Positions 50,805 to 60,980 of a stretch of 64,000 nt of DNA are shown piece after piece. The translations under genes were made by a program, and so were the position numbers. How positions within the stretch are numbered: position 1 is the first letter of the stretch; each line of letters starts with the position of its first letter. This DNA is from Rickettsiales bacterium (GTDB lineage Bacteria > Pseudomonadota > Alphaproteobacteria > Rickettsiales > UBA1997): assembly GCA_021298605.1 (NCBI GenBank), contig JAJTDS010000004.1:24099-88098 (forward strand), in the 5' to 3' direction. A model generated the notes under the pieces. The model was given only the letters and a program-made list of their open reading frames with translations, had not been told where the DNA came from and searched no databases.

Positions 50805-52922
50805 ATGAAAAAAACTATCCATAATCTAGCCTTTTTATTCTCAATAACCGCTTTATTAAATGAAGCATTTGCAGATAATTCTAGCTCTTTGCAAGCTAAT
50901 AATAACGAAAATTCACAATTTATTGTCAAGGCAAAAAAAATAGAAAATTCTCGCAATAACATTTCTACCAAAACAGGTGGAAGCTCTTATCAATTTACCA
51001 AAGAAACAATAGAAAATCTTCCACAGGGTCAATTTACCTCTTTAAATCAAGTGTTATTGAGGGCTCCAGGGGTTGTACAAGATTCTTTTGGACAACTTCA
51101 TATTAGAGCAGATCATAGCAATATTCAATATCGCATCAATGGAGTTATGATACCAGAAGGAATATCTGGTTTTGGACAAATTATTGACAGTAATTTTATT
51201 GACAATGTCGACCTTCTTACTGGTGTATTGCCTGCCCAATACGGCTTTCGCACTGCTGGGGTAGTTGATATTAAAAGCAAAAATGGAGAAGTTATAAAAG
51301 ATAACCGATCTTCAGTAATGATGGGCTCAAAAGAAACTCTTGCTCTTAATCAACAAATTGGAGGATTTACAAAAAATTCTAGCTACCACTTAAATGGAAG
51401 TTATTTAATTAGTAACAGAGCGATCGAGTCCCCCTATCGCAATAATCAAGAAATTAATAACGATACTAAGCAACATCGTTTATTTGGACATTTTTCGCAT
51501 TTAATTGATTCAGAAACAAAGTTAAATTTAATTATTGCCAATTCTCAAAATAATTTTCAGATTCCCAACACCCCCAATCAAGAAGCTAAATATTCTTTAA
51601 ATGGTGTAGGCACAATTAGATCGCAAGATCTTAGGCAAAAACAAAATGAACATAATAGTTTTGCCATAGCCTCAATAAACGGCACTAATCAAATTAATCT
51701 TGATTACCAACTATCAATTTTTAGTCGCTTAAGCGAAACCAGTTATTTTAGCGATGAACAAGGAGATCTAATATTCAACGGAGTATCTTCAAATATCAAG
51801 AAAAGATCGCTTGCCAACGGCTCACAATTAGATCTAAGCTACCCTATTAGCGAAAAACAAACTTTAAGAACAGGGCTCTATCTAAGCAATGAAAATGCAA
51901 AGCATTATCAAAATAGTAAAACTTTTAGAGCCAATAGTAATGGCGATCAGACTTCCAGCGATCCAATCAATATTGCTAATGGAAACAGCCAAACAACTGA
52001 TTTATTTGCTTTATATGCACAAAATGAAATAAAACCCATCAAGCCTTTAACCATTAATATTGGGGCAAGATTTGATAAAATAAAAAGCACTAGCAATGAA
52101 AGTCAAACATCTCCAAGAATAGGGGCGGTTTATGAGTTTAATCAAAAAACTAAAATACATAGCGGTTTTGCAAGATACATCACCCCCGCAAGAGCTGAAT
52201 TGCTAGCTTCCAGCAATATTAACAATTTTCGCAACACTACCAATCAAAGTGTTAATAGTGAAATTAATGATAAAATCAGAGCAGAAAGAAGCTCTTATTA
52301 TGATATTGGAATCAATCATCAATTAAATAAAAATTTTACAATTGGAATTGATAGCTATTATAAAAGAGTTAGAAATTTGCTCGACGAAGGTCAATTCGGC
52401 AAATCTTTAATTTACACACCATTTAATTATCAATCAGCTAAGGCTCACGGGCTTGAAATTAGCACAGACTATAAAAAAGATAACTTAAAAGCCTATTTTA
52501 ATATTTCAGCACAAAAAATGAAGGCAAAGAAAATAATTTCTAGCCAATATGCTTTTGCACAAGATGAATTAAATTATATCGCTAATCATTATGTTAATGT
52601 TGATCACGATCAATCTTATTCAGCAAGCAGTGGACTATCTTATCTTTATAAAAAGAACTTAGTCATAATTGATGGAATCTACGGCTCAGGACTAAGGCAC
52701 AATAATTACAATGCCAATAAATTAAAATCTTATTATCAAGTTAATTTAGCTTTAGAAAGAGATATTAATTTTTACAAAGTAAATAATATCAATACTCGCC
52801 TATCAGCATTAAACATTTTAAATCAACAATATAAAATTCGCGATGGCTCGGGAATTGGGGTTGAATCACCGCAATATAATGCTGGTAGAGTTTTTTATCT
52901 AACATTGTCAAAAAAATTCTAA
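50805..52922 (+). CDS. TonB-dependent outer-membrane receptor
   Basis: Signal peptide ('...NEAFA'), plug domain ('LLRAPGV...HIRA...NIQYRINGV') and a long beta-barrel ending in a terminal Phe ('YLTLSKKF'). Confidence 0.9.
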   Translation: MKKTIHNLAFLFSITALLNEAFADNSSSLQANNNENSQFIVKAKKIENSRNNISTKTGGSSYQFTKETIENLPQGQFTSLNQVLLRAPGVVQDSFGQLHIRADHSNIQYRINGVMIPEGISGFGQIIDSNFIDNVDLLTGVLPAQYGFRTAGVVDIKSKNGEVIKDNRSSVMMGSKETLALNQQIGGFTKNSSYHLNGSYLISNRAIESPYRNNQEINNDTKQHRLFGHFSHLIDSETKLNLIIANSQNNFQIPNTPNQEAKYSLNGVGTIRSQDLRQKQNEHNSFAIASINGTNQINLDYQLSIFSRLSETSYFSDEQGDLIFNGVSSNIKKRSLANGSQLDLSYPISEKQTLRTGLYLSNENAKHYQNSKTFRANSNGDQTSSDPINIANGNSQTTDLFALYAQNEIKPIKPLTINIGARFDKIKSTSNESQTSPRIGAVYEFNQKTKIHSGFARYITPARAELLASSNINNFRNTTNQSVNSEINDKIRAERSSYYDIGINHQLNKNFTIGIDSYYKRVRNLLDEGQFGKSLIYTPFNYQSAKAHGLEISTDYKKDNLKAYFNISAQKMKAKKIISSQYAFAQDELNYIANHYVNVDHDQSYSASSGLSYLYKKNLVIIDGIYGSGLRHNNYNANKLKSYYQVNLALERDINFYKVNNINTRLSALNILNQQYKIRDGSGIGVESPQYNAGRVFYLTLSKKF

Positions 52923-52931
52923 ACATAATCT

Positions 52932-53013
52932 AATCGTAGGGGCGAATAATCATTCGCCCATTGACATCATTCACCCTATTTTATTGGGCGGAAAATTTTC
53001 CGCCCCTACGATT
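52932..53013. repeat. 82-bp nested GC-rich palindromic element
   Basis: Outer 13-bp inverted repeat: aatcgtaggggcg (52932-52944) / cgcccctacgatt (53001-53013). Inner hairpin 1: gggcgaa-taatca-ttcgccc (52940-52959). Inner palindrome 2: gggcggaaaattttccgccc (52986-53005). The inner hairpins compete with the outer stem. Confidence 0.8.
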
Positions 53014-53084
53014 TCACCAAACAAAAATGCCCTATCATGACAATAAATGGTAATAAAATACAACGATTTTTCTTTTAATTGTAG

Positions 53085-54066
53085 CTAATCCAAAAAGTGT
53101 TTTGTTTCTCTGTATAACAAACCTGAATTTGGATATTCTTTTCTTAAAACATAAAGTTGGATTAACCATTGCTGTATATTATCGGTTTTTCGTTTGTTGT
53201 TTTTAAAGTTAAGCCTTAAAAGGACATCAGAAAGGACTTTGGCGATTTCAGAAGATTGTTGCGGGCTATTCGTGAAAATTCGATAGTCGTCACGGTATAT
53301 AATTATTTTATATTCTTTAATTCCAATTTTATTGAGTTCTTTCATTAAAAGCAAATCTCCGAAACCTAAAACTATTTCAGCAATAAAATCCATCAGGGCT
53401 AAACCTTGCGGAATTCCATTTGTTTGCCCGTAAGACATTGCTTTAATATAATTTTCGATTGAAATACCAATAAAAGCAGGGTTATTGCGGTTTTCGAGTT
53501 TCTTTGCTTCCTCGATTGTGTGTATCGCCCAAGAAATACTATGTGCCTAAAGAGAACCATAGCAATCCGTAATATCTAAATGCAATAAGTGATTAAATTC
53601 TAAGGCAAGTGCCAATGACCTTTGTTCTACTTTTTTCCGCCATTCATAAATTTGATTTTGCTTGTCGGGCTTTTGTTTCCTTCTGCAACAGGAATACTAT
53701 GGCATTCAATTTTGCTATTGCCATAAAAAACTTTGAATCTGCCTTGAATTATTTTCCAATTATTTTTTTGGGCTATTTATTGAACTAAAAAAACATATAG
53801 AGCAGGATGAATTAATTGAAATGGTCGCCAAGCAAATTTTCCATATTTGTTTTTAAGTAATTTATATTTTACTACTTGCTTCAACATCTTTGGGTTTGAT
53901 GGCAGTTGTACAACCTCTCAATACTTTTTTCCCTTAAGTTCTTTTGATAGACTTGTTATTAGTGCTTAAAAACTAAAATATTCAGGCAAATCAAAAGAAC
54001 AGAAACTTTATTCTTTTAAGAAAAACGCTTTTGCTTCTTCATTATTTAAGTCTAAGATTGTTTCAT
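53085..54066 (-). pseudogene. Reverse transcriptase pseudogene (Abi/UG-like, defence-associated type)
   Basis: Hand translation of the minus strand gives '..ILDLNNEEAKAFFLKE*SFCSFDLPEYFSF*..YGKFAWRPFQLIHPALYVFLVQ*IAQKNNW..SIP..[frameshift]..DKQNQIYEWRKKVEQRSLALALEF..LDITDCYGSL*AHSISWAIH..GQTNGIPQGLALMDFIAEIVLG..IIIYRDDYRIF..LNFKNNKRKT'. There are at least 5 in-frame stops and at least 2 frameshifts. RT motifs 1-7 are recognisable, with the catalytic motif YRDD. Confidence 0.8.
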
Positions 54067-54121
54067 TTTAATTTTCTATTTTTGATAATTTGGAAAATAG
54101 AATTTATTGTTAAAATGATGA

Positions 54122-54892
54122 TTAAAAGCCAATATCTCCATAGCTTATTTTATAAATAGCACCTTTAGAAAACAGAAGAATATTACCATTATCATCAATA
54201 TCGCTAAAGATGCCGTTAATAATATTATCATCATTAATTTTTATTGTTACTTCTTGATTTAATTGAAAGCTATTTTTAAGCCATAATTTGCGGATATTTT
54301 CAAATCCAAATTGTAGAAAATTAGTTAGAAATTTGTCAAAATTATCAAGAAATTTGTACAAAATATCCATTTTATCTAAAATAATATTTTCAGAAAAAAG
54401 ATCAGTAGCAGGAAAATTCAATCTCTCAATATGGCTTGGATAGCTGTTGATATTGACACCAATTCCAATAATTAAAAATTTACAAATATCTCGATTTATT
54501 TCACTTTCCATCAACATTCCTGAAAATTTTTTGCCATTAATTAGTAAATCGTTTGGCCATTTTATTAAAATATTTTTGGTTGCTAAATTATAATTAGTTG
54601 TCAATTCAATAATCGTCTGTTGCATTGCTAATATTGACAGCATTCCAATTTGGTTAATTTTTTCTAAAAATAACTTATCCAATGTAGAGTTTTGTAAAAT
54701 TAGTGAAAAATATAAATTACCACCAGGAGACTCCCAAACCCTACTCAATCTGCCCTTACCAGCGGATTGCTTATCAGCAATTACAATCGAATAATTGCTG
54801 TCAAACCTTGATTTTGCAATCTCAATAGCTTTAATATTGGTGCTATCAACTTCATCAAAGTGATTAATGTTAAATTTTTTATAATAAAACAT
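54122..54892 (-). CDS. birA: Biotin--[acetyl-CoA-carboxylase] ligase
   Basis: 256 aa. 'QSAGKGRLSRVWESPGGNLYFS' signature. No N-terminal HTH domain. Confidence 0.9.
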   Translation of the reverse strand: MFYYKKFNINHFDEVDSTNIKAIEIAKSRFDSNYSIVIADKQSAGKGRLSRVWESPGGNLYFSLILQNSTLDKLFLEKINQIGMLSILAMQQTIIELTTNYNLATKNILIKWPNDLLINGKKFSGMLMESEINRDICKFLIIGIGVNINSYPSHIERLNFPATDLFSENIILDKMDILYKFLDNFDKFLTNFLQFGFENIRKLWLKNSFQLNQEVTIKINDDNIINGIFSDIDDNGNILLFSKGAIYKISYGDIGF

Positions 54893-54909
54893 TGTTGGAT
54901 AATTGCAAA

Positions 54910-57372
54910 TTATCTTAATTTTGCAGAATAGTTCTGCACCACAGAATCAATGATTTGATTGGATATTTTTTCAATATCTTCGCTAGTAAAAGTTTTTTCA
55001 ACTGGTTGCATCAAAACCTTAAATGCCAGAGAATGAATGGCTTCTCCTAAATTTTGATCTTGATAAATATCGAATAATTCAACTTTTTTAATATAATTTT
55101 TATCAACATTTTCAATATTTCTAATAACATCACCAATCGCCACCGATTTATCAACTATAAAGGCAAAATCTCGCTCAATAGCTTGTAGATCGTTGATTTT
55201 TATTGCTTTAACCTGCTTATTTTGTAAATTTTTATAATTCGTTTTATCAAGAAACACTTCAAAATAGTTGAATTTTGGCTTAATATCATAAAGCTTATTG
55301 ATATTGGGATGCAATTCACCAAAATAACCAATTACTGTCTTGCCAAGCAATATTGCCGATGCACGATATGGATGAAAATATGGTGGCACATTAGTATTAT
55401 CAAGGGTTAAGTTTTTTTGATTAATGCCTAATATTTCAAATATTGAAAAAATATCTTTTTTAACATCAAAGACATCAAAATTTCTTTGTTCTTTAAAATG
55501 ATTAATTTGATTATTACCGCCAACTCTTAGTCCCGCCAACATCAATTCATTATTATAATTTTTTTCATCTAAAAATACATTTCCAACTTCAAATATCGAT
55601 AAATCAACAAAATTTCTTAGGTAATTTTTTTGATAAGAGTTAAGCAAGCCAATAGCTAAGGTGGTTCGCATATAATTCATTTCTGAACTTATCGGATTTT
55701 CAAGCAAAAGACTGGTAGTTTTTACTCCAAAATTTTCGGCAGTTTTCTCGTCAATAAAAGACCAATTAACTGTTTCTATCATTGAATTATTGGCAAGATA
55801 ACTTTTTAATTTATCAACAATATTAAGATTCTTAATTTGCTTTGTAATTATCAAAGGTTGAGATTTAATATTATTATAACCAAAAAATCTTATCACTTCT
55901 TCAACCAAATCTTGAGAATTCGATATATCTGACCTAAAGCTAGGAATTTCAAACTGAATAAGCGATTCATTAAGTTGGTTTTTCATTTTTATTTCCAACT
56001 TCTCTAAAATATCAATAATTTTAGAGCTTGATATATCAACCCCAGTAAGCCTCTTAACTTGCGAAATATCAAAGTTAACCAATAAGTTTTTCTTATAATC
56101 ACCAATGGTTTTTATATCACTAACTTGACTATTTTTTGTTCCACAAATTTCTAAAATCAATAAAGAAGCGAGCTGAATTGCACTTAATATGTTTTTATCA
56201 TCAACGATTCTTTCAAAACGATAACGGGCATCACTATTGACATTAATCCTTCTACCACTATTAGCTATCATAACATTATCAAAACAGGCACCTTCAATTA
56301 TAATTTCTTTGGTTTCAGCACTGCAAGAACTTGAAATACCACCAATAATACCCGCAAGAGCAAGATTTTTATTTTTATCAGAAATTATTATATCGCTATT
56401 ATTTAATTGATATTCTTCTTGATTAAGAGAGGTAAATTTATCGCCATTATTAGCAAAGCCAATATTAATTTCGCCATCTATTTTATTTGCATCATAAATA
56501 TGAAGAGGATGATTGAGGCTTATCATCACCCAGTTAGCAATATCAACCATTGCTGAAATTGAACGAACCCCCACTGCGGTTAGTTGATCTTGCAACCATT
56601 GTGGAGATTTTTTATTCTCAAGATGATTAATATAGCGAAAACCAGCAAAATGACAGGCTTTATCTTGATTATCATTTTCTATAATTGTATTATTAGAAAT
56701 TGTAAAATTAAAATCAGTTTTTTTAAAATTATCAATATTAGCAAGCTTTATTGGCGAATCAAAACAACAATTTTTGTTAAAATTCTCAAATAAATGGATA
56801 TTATTTTTCAAACTACCAATTCCTGCACCAGCGAGATCGCGGGCTATTCCAAGAATCGCAAGGCAGTCACCACGATTAGGGGTAATGTTTATTTCAATTT
56901 CGGCATCGTTAATTCCATAAACTTCAGCAATTGATTTGCCAATTGGTATTGAGTAATCTATTTCTATTATTCCCTCCCCTTCTTCTCCTAGCAATAATTC
57001 ACTCGCGGAACATATCATACCACTACTTTCAATTCCTGCAATTTTTGCTTTTTTAATAATCATTTGATTGGCGGGAATCAAAGCCCCAATTGGAGCAAAA
57101 GCAACTTTAATACCTTTTCTAGCATTTTTTGCCCCACAAACAACTTGCAACAATTGAGTTTCATTAATTTTTACTAAACATTTTTTTAATTTATTAGAAT
57201 TTTCAACCGCTTCCGCCTCAATAATTTCAGCCACAAAAAAAGGTTTTAAAGATTGCGATTTATCTTTACAAGATTCAACCTCAAGACCAATATTAGTAAG
57301 AGCTTGGCAAATCTCTTCAAGAGTTTTATTAGTTTCAAGATATTGCTTAAGCCAGTTTAAAGTTATTTTCAT
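54910..57372 (-). CDS. pheT: Phenylalanine--tRNA ligase beta subunit
   Basis: 820 aa. Starts 'MKITLNWLKQYL'. Contains tRNA-binding, B3/4, B5 and FDX-ACB regions. Confidence 0.97.
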   Translation of the reverse strand: MKITLNWLKQYLETNKTLEEICQALTNIGLEVESCKDKSQSLKPFFVAEIIEAEAVENSNKLKKCLVKINETQLLQVVCGAKNARKGIKVAFAPIGALIPANQMIIKKAKIAGIESSGMICSASELLLGEEGEGIIEIDYSIPIGKSIAEVYGINDAEIEINITPNRGDCLAILGIARDLAGAGIGSLKNNIHLFENFNKNCCFDSPIKLANIDNFKKTDFNFTISNNTIIENDNQDKACHFAGFRYINHLENKKSPQWLQDQLTAVGVRSISAMVDIANWVMISLNHPLHIYDANKIDGEINIGFANNGDKFTSLNQEEYQLNNSDIIISDKNKNLALAGIIGGISSSCSAETKEIIIEGACFDNVMIANSGRRINVNSDARYRFERIVDDKNILSAIQLASLLILEICGTKNSQVSDIKTIGDYKKNLLVNFDISQVKRLTGVDISSSKIIDILEKLEIKMKNQLNESLIQFEIPSFRSDISNSQDLVEEVIRFFGYNNIKSQPLIITKQIKNLNIVDKLKSYLANNSMIETVNWSFIDEKTAENFGVKTTSLLLENPISSEMNYMRTTLAIGLLNSYQKNYLRNFVDLSIFEVGNVFLDEKNYNNELMLAGLRVGGNNQINHFKEQRNFDVFDVKKDIFSIFEILGINQKNLTLDNTNVPPYFHPYRASAILLGKTVIGYFGELHPNINKLYDIKPKFNYFEVFLDKTNYKNLQNKQVKAIKINDLQAIERDFAFIVDKSVAIGDVIRNIENVDKNYIKKVELFDIYQDQNLGEAIHSLAFKVLMQPVEKTFTSEDIEKISNQIIDSVVQNYSAKLR

Positions 57373-57504
57373 TGCCTATAAAATTGCCTATAAATTTATT
57401 ATAAAATTTTCTAATTATATGAATAAAATTGCCAAAATCAAGCTAAATGATTGACTAAAAGCCACAAATATTTAGTCGAATTGCTAAAAATAAGTTCAAA
57501 TTAT

Positions 57505-59448
57505 TTACAACAAACAAGAAATTTTTTCTATCATTGCATCACCCAAATCTTCAAGATTTTTTATAACAATTGAATTGCGATAAAATTGATCGGTATTATG
57601 ACAGATCCCCACTCCGACCAACTCTATGGTTTTTCTTTTTTCAAAATGACAAACAACTTCGCTCAAATGCTCAATTAATATATTGTCTTTATTGCTACTA
57701 TGAGTAGAATCATCAACAGGAGCACCATCAGAAATTACCATCAAAATTTTTCTTGATTCTGTTCTTTGCATTAAGCGAGATCTTGCAAATAACAAGGCTT
57801 CACCGTCAATATTTTCTTTAAGAATGCCATCTTTCAACATTAATCCTAAATTAATTTTTGCATTGCGAAAATTTTGTTGAAAATTTTTATAAATAATATG
57901 CCTTAAATCATTTAATCGACCCGCTTCACTAAATGAACCTTCTCTTTCCCACATCTTTCTTGATTTACCACCCCTCCAATCAGATGTAGTAAAGCCAATT
58001 ATTTCAGTTTTTATTGAAAATTTTTCTAAAATATTAGCAATCATTTCGCAAGCAAGGGCGGTCATTACAATTGGATTACCCCTCATCGAACCAGAATTAT
58101 CAAGCAACATTGTAAGTGCTATATCTTGATTTTGTTGATGCTTTTTATTAATCCAGATATTTTCAATAGTCGGATTACTTATTAGTTGAGATAATTTTTT
58201 ACGATCTATCTCGCCCTCGCTTTGGTTAATATCAATCATTGCTAAATTTTTGGCAAGAAGCTTTCTTTTGAGCTTAATTTCCATTTTTTTAGAAATGTTA
58301 TTTAATTTTGCAAGCTTAATATCCAGCTGGTTTCTTAAGTCCTTTAACTCCTCCTTCGCTAAAAATTTTTGAGGAAAAATAATTTCATCAAATTGGGTAG
58401 TAAATGGTCGATAAGGTTTTTTAAATTGCAAAATATTATTATTAATTGCATTATTATCTAACAATTTACTATTTTGAGAAAGTATTTCATTATCATCGCC
58501 TAATATTTGCTCTTCATTGCCATAATCAATATTTTGATTTTTGCTTTCATCGCCCTCTTCTTTTTTGTTATCATCCTTTGAAATATCTTTATTTTGTTGA
58601 TATTCAGCAGTTTCACTGCCATAATTAACATCTTCGTTTTTTTTATTTTGATTATTATCGCCAATTTCTTTATCTTCCTTAGCTTCAGTTTTATCAGAAT
58701 TTTGAGAAAATTGATAATCAATTAGCTTTAAAATTTCCAATAAATCTGCAAGAAACTGTTTTTGAGAAAGAATTTTAGTGGTTAACTTCTCTAATAATTG
58801 CAAAATTTTAACAATATTTTTATCAGCAAAGAAACTTAACCAATTTTGATAAAAACAATCAATATTATCAACCTTTAGCAAAGATGATAAATATTTATTA
58901 TGTTGCAAAAAAATCCTAACTAATGCAAATAATACACCAGCAAAAACCATTTCATCTTTAGAAAAATTTTTATTCGCAAGATCTTTATCAATTTTTTTAA
59001 TAATATTTACAACAATTCCAACATAATTAAAACCTCCGACCATTGCTATTCTTAGCTTCTCAACATCATTAATAATTAAATGATACTTAGCATCACAAAA
59101 ATTATAAAGAAAATCTTGATAATCATAATTATTATGAAACAAGTAATAACAAAGCCCCACATCAATCATCGCTCGATATTCTTTAATTTGTTTTAAGTGA
59201 GATTTAATATCTTTTTCAATTAATTTTTCACTTATATTGGCAATAAAAAGCTTGTTATCGCTTGACAATCTTGAATCCCAAACAAAAAAATTATTTTTAT
59301 GATGATTTTGCAAACTTAACTCAATAGCAAATTTTTGCATAAATTTATCTTGCTGTATTCTTTTTTTAATTGAATTGCTTGAGATAACAGAAGCCAAAGC
59401 AGAAAGATATTCTCTGATTTTTTCAATTAGAATCTCTTGATAATTCAT
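57505..59448 (-). CDS. cobT: CobT-like vWA-domain protein (aerobic cobaltochelatase CobT family)
   Basis: 647 aa. An acidic, N/K-rich central region and a C-terminal vWA domain with a MIDAS motif ('LLDNSGSMRG'). The layout matches alphaproteobacterial CobT. Confidence 0.75.
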   Translation of the reverse strand: MNYQEILIEKIREYLSALASVISSNSIKKRIQQDKFMQKFAIELSLQNHHKNNFFVWDSRLSSDNKLFIANISEKLIEKDIKSHLKQIKEYRAMIDVGLCYYLFHNNYDYQDFLYNFCDAKYHLIINDVEKLRIAMVGGFNYVGIVVNIIKKIDKDLANKNFSKDEMVFAGVLFALVRIFLQHNKYLSSLLKVDNIDCFYQNWLSFFADKNIVKILQLLEKLTTKILSQKQFLADLLEILKLIDYQFSQNSDKTEAKEDKEIGDNNQNKKNEDVNYGSETAEYQQNKDISKDDNKKEEGDESKNQNIDYGNEEQILGDDNEILSQNSKLLDNNAINNNILQFKKPYRPFTTQFDEIIFPQKFLAKEELKDLRNQLDIKLAKLNNISKKMEIKLKRKLLAKNLAMIDINQSEGEIDRKKLSQLISNPTIENIWINKKHQQNQDIALTMLLDNSGSMRGNPIVMTALACEMIANILEKFSIKTEIIGFTTSDWRGGKSRKMWEREGSFSEAGRLNDLRHIIYKNFQQNFRNAKINLGLMLKDGILKENIDGEALLFARSRLMQRTESRKILMVISDGAPVDDSTHSSNKDNILIEHLSEVVCHFEKRKTIELVGVGICHNTDQFYRNSIVIKNLEDLGDAMIEKISCLL

Positions 59449-59466
59449 TAAAATTAGAAATTTATA

Positions 59467-60156
59467 TTAAATATTAAAAATTTTTTCGATGGCAATTATT
59501 GCTACATTCCTTTGTGCCTGCTTCTTTGAATTACCTTTAGCACTTATAGTTAATTGAGGATTATCTATTGTTAAAGTAGCATTAAAAATTGGCAAATGGT
59601 CGCTACCACCACATTTTTCAAGATAATAAACTGGAAGAGTCTTTGATTTTGCCTGCACTAACTCTTGAAGTTGAGATATTGGGTCTTGTGGAGGGAATCT
59701 TTCTTCAATCAAAGAACGATTCCAAAGATATAAAATTACATTCTTTGTCGCTTCAAAATTAGAATCTAAATATATACCACCAATAACTGCCTCAACAGCA
59801 TCTTCAAGATTATTTTTATTATTTTTTCCACCAATTTTTTCTTCACCTTTACTTAATTTTAGCATTTCCGCCAAACCAATATTATTAGCAATTTTTGCAA
59901 GATGCTCTCCTGAAACAAGATAGGCATGCCTTTTTGATAAATTGCCCTCCTTTTCTTGAGGGTATTTTTTTATTAAAAATTCAGCAATTACAAGAGAAAT
60001 AACTTTATCGCCCAAAAATTCAAGCCTTTGATAATTTGCAACCCCTTTATTGCGAGAAAGACTAGGGTGAGTTAAAGCCTCTTTGACAAGTTCTTCATTG
60101 TTAAATTGATATTTTATATTTTGATAAAGCTGTTTAAAATTGATATTTTCTAACAT
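59467..60156 (-). CDS. rnc: Ribonuclease III
   Basis: 229 aa. 'NYQRLEFLGDKV' catalytic signature and a C-terminal dsRBD. Its start overlaps the lepB stop by 1 nt. Confidence 0.95.
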   Translation of the reverse strand: MLENINFKQLYQNIKYQFNNEELVKEALTHPSLSRNKGVANYQRLEFLGDKVISLVIAEFLIKKYPQEKEGNLSKRHAYLVSGEHLAKIANNIGLAEMLKLSKGEEKIGGKNNKNNLEDAVEAVIGGIYLDSNFEATKNVILYLWNRSLIEERFPPQDPISQLQELVQAKSKTLPVYYLEKCGGSDHLPIFNATLTIDNPQLTISAKGNSKKQAQRNVAIIAIEKIFNI

Positions 60157-60980
60157 TATTCAATTTTTTTAAAAATTCTTTCAATTCTAACCGATTCATA
60201 CCATTTCCAAAAATACCAAATTGGCGAATTGCAAGAAAAAAATATTATTTTTGCCTCACCAATTAAGTTTTCTTCAGGAATAAATCCTACTTCATTTAAA
60301 AAGCGACTATCTTCAGAATTATCACGATTATCACCCATTGCAAAATAATATCCATACGGCACTGTATAAACCGAGGTATTGTCTTGCGGAGTTAATTTTT
60401 GCTCCATTATTTCAATTTTTTTACCTTCTGGCATCGTTTCAATAAACTTCTCTGCAAAAACAGAAATATTATTCTCAATTGCTGTAAATTCACCAGATTT
60501 AACTCTTTTTATTTGATTGCCATTGATATATAAAAAAGAATCTTTTAATTGAATTTCATCGCCCGGCAAACCAATCACTCTCTTAATATAGTTGATTTTA
60601 GGATTAGATGGCAATCTAAAAACCACAACATCCCCTCTTTTAGGAGCTTTATAAAATATTCTATCGCTAAAAAAATTTATTCCAAATGGAAAAGAATATC
60701 TACTATAGCCAAAAGAATATTTTGACACAAAAATATAGTCTCCTGTCAGTAATCCGGGGTTCATCGAACTAGAAGGAATATGAAATGGCTCGAAGAAAAA
60801 TGAACGAAATGTAAAGGCAATAATTATTGCAAAAAATATAGTTGAAAATAAAGATTGCTCTTTAGGGGATTTATCAACCTTAGAAGAATCGGCAATATTT
60901 CTTTCTAGATTTTTATTTTTATATTTTGTTTTTATAAAATTAACTAAACCGCACTTTTTTTTAAAATCACTGCCACTCAT
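60156..60980 (-). CDS. lepB: Signal peptidase I
   Basis: 274 aa. 'IPSSSMNPGL' (catalytic Ser), 'YIKRVIGLPGD' (Lys) and 'GDNRDNSEDSR'. Confidence 0.95.
   Translation of the reverse strand: MSGSDFKKKCGLVNFIKTKYKNKNLERNIADSSKVDKSPKEQSLFSTIFFAIIIAFTFRSFFFEPFHIPSSSMNPGLLTGDYIFVSKYSFGYSRYSFPFGINFFSDRIFYKAPKRGDVVVFRLPSNPKINYIKRVIGLPGDEIQLKDSFLYINGNQIKRVKSGEFTAIENNISVFAEKFIETMPEGKKIEIMEQKLTPQDNTSVYTVPYGYYFAMGDNRDNSEDSRFLNEVGFIPEENLIGEAKIIFFSCNSPIWYFWKWYESVRIERIFKKIE

Noticed and set aside
57371-57394. A perfect 12-bp tandem duplication (attgcctataaa x2), whose first copy overlaps the pheT start codon.
   Set aside because: It has only two copies. It most likely reflects a small duplication in the 5' UTR, and no regulatory motif is recognisable. 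I note it but assign no function.
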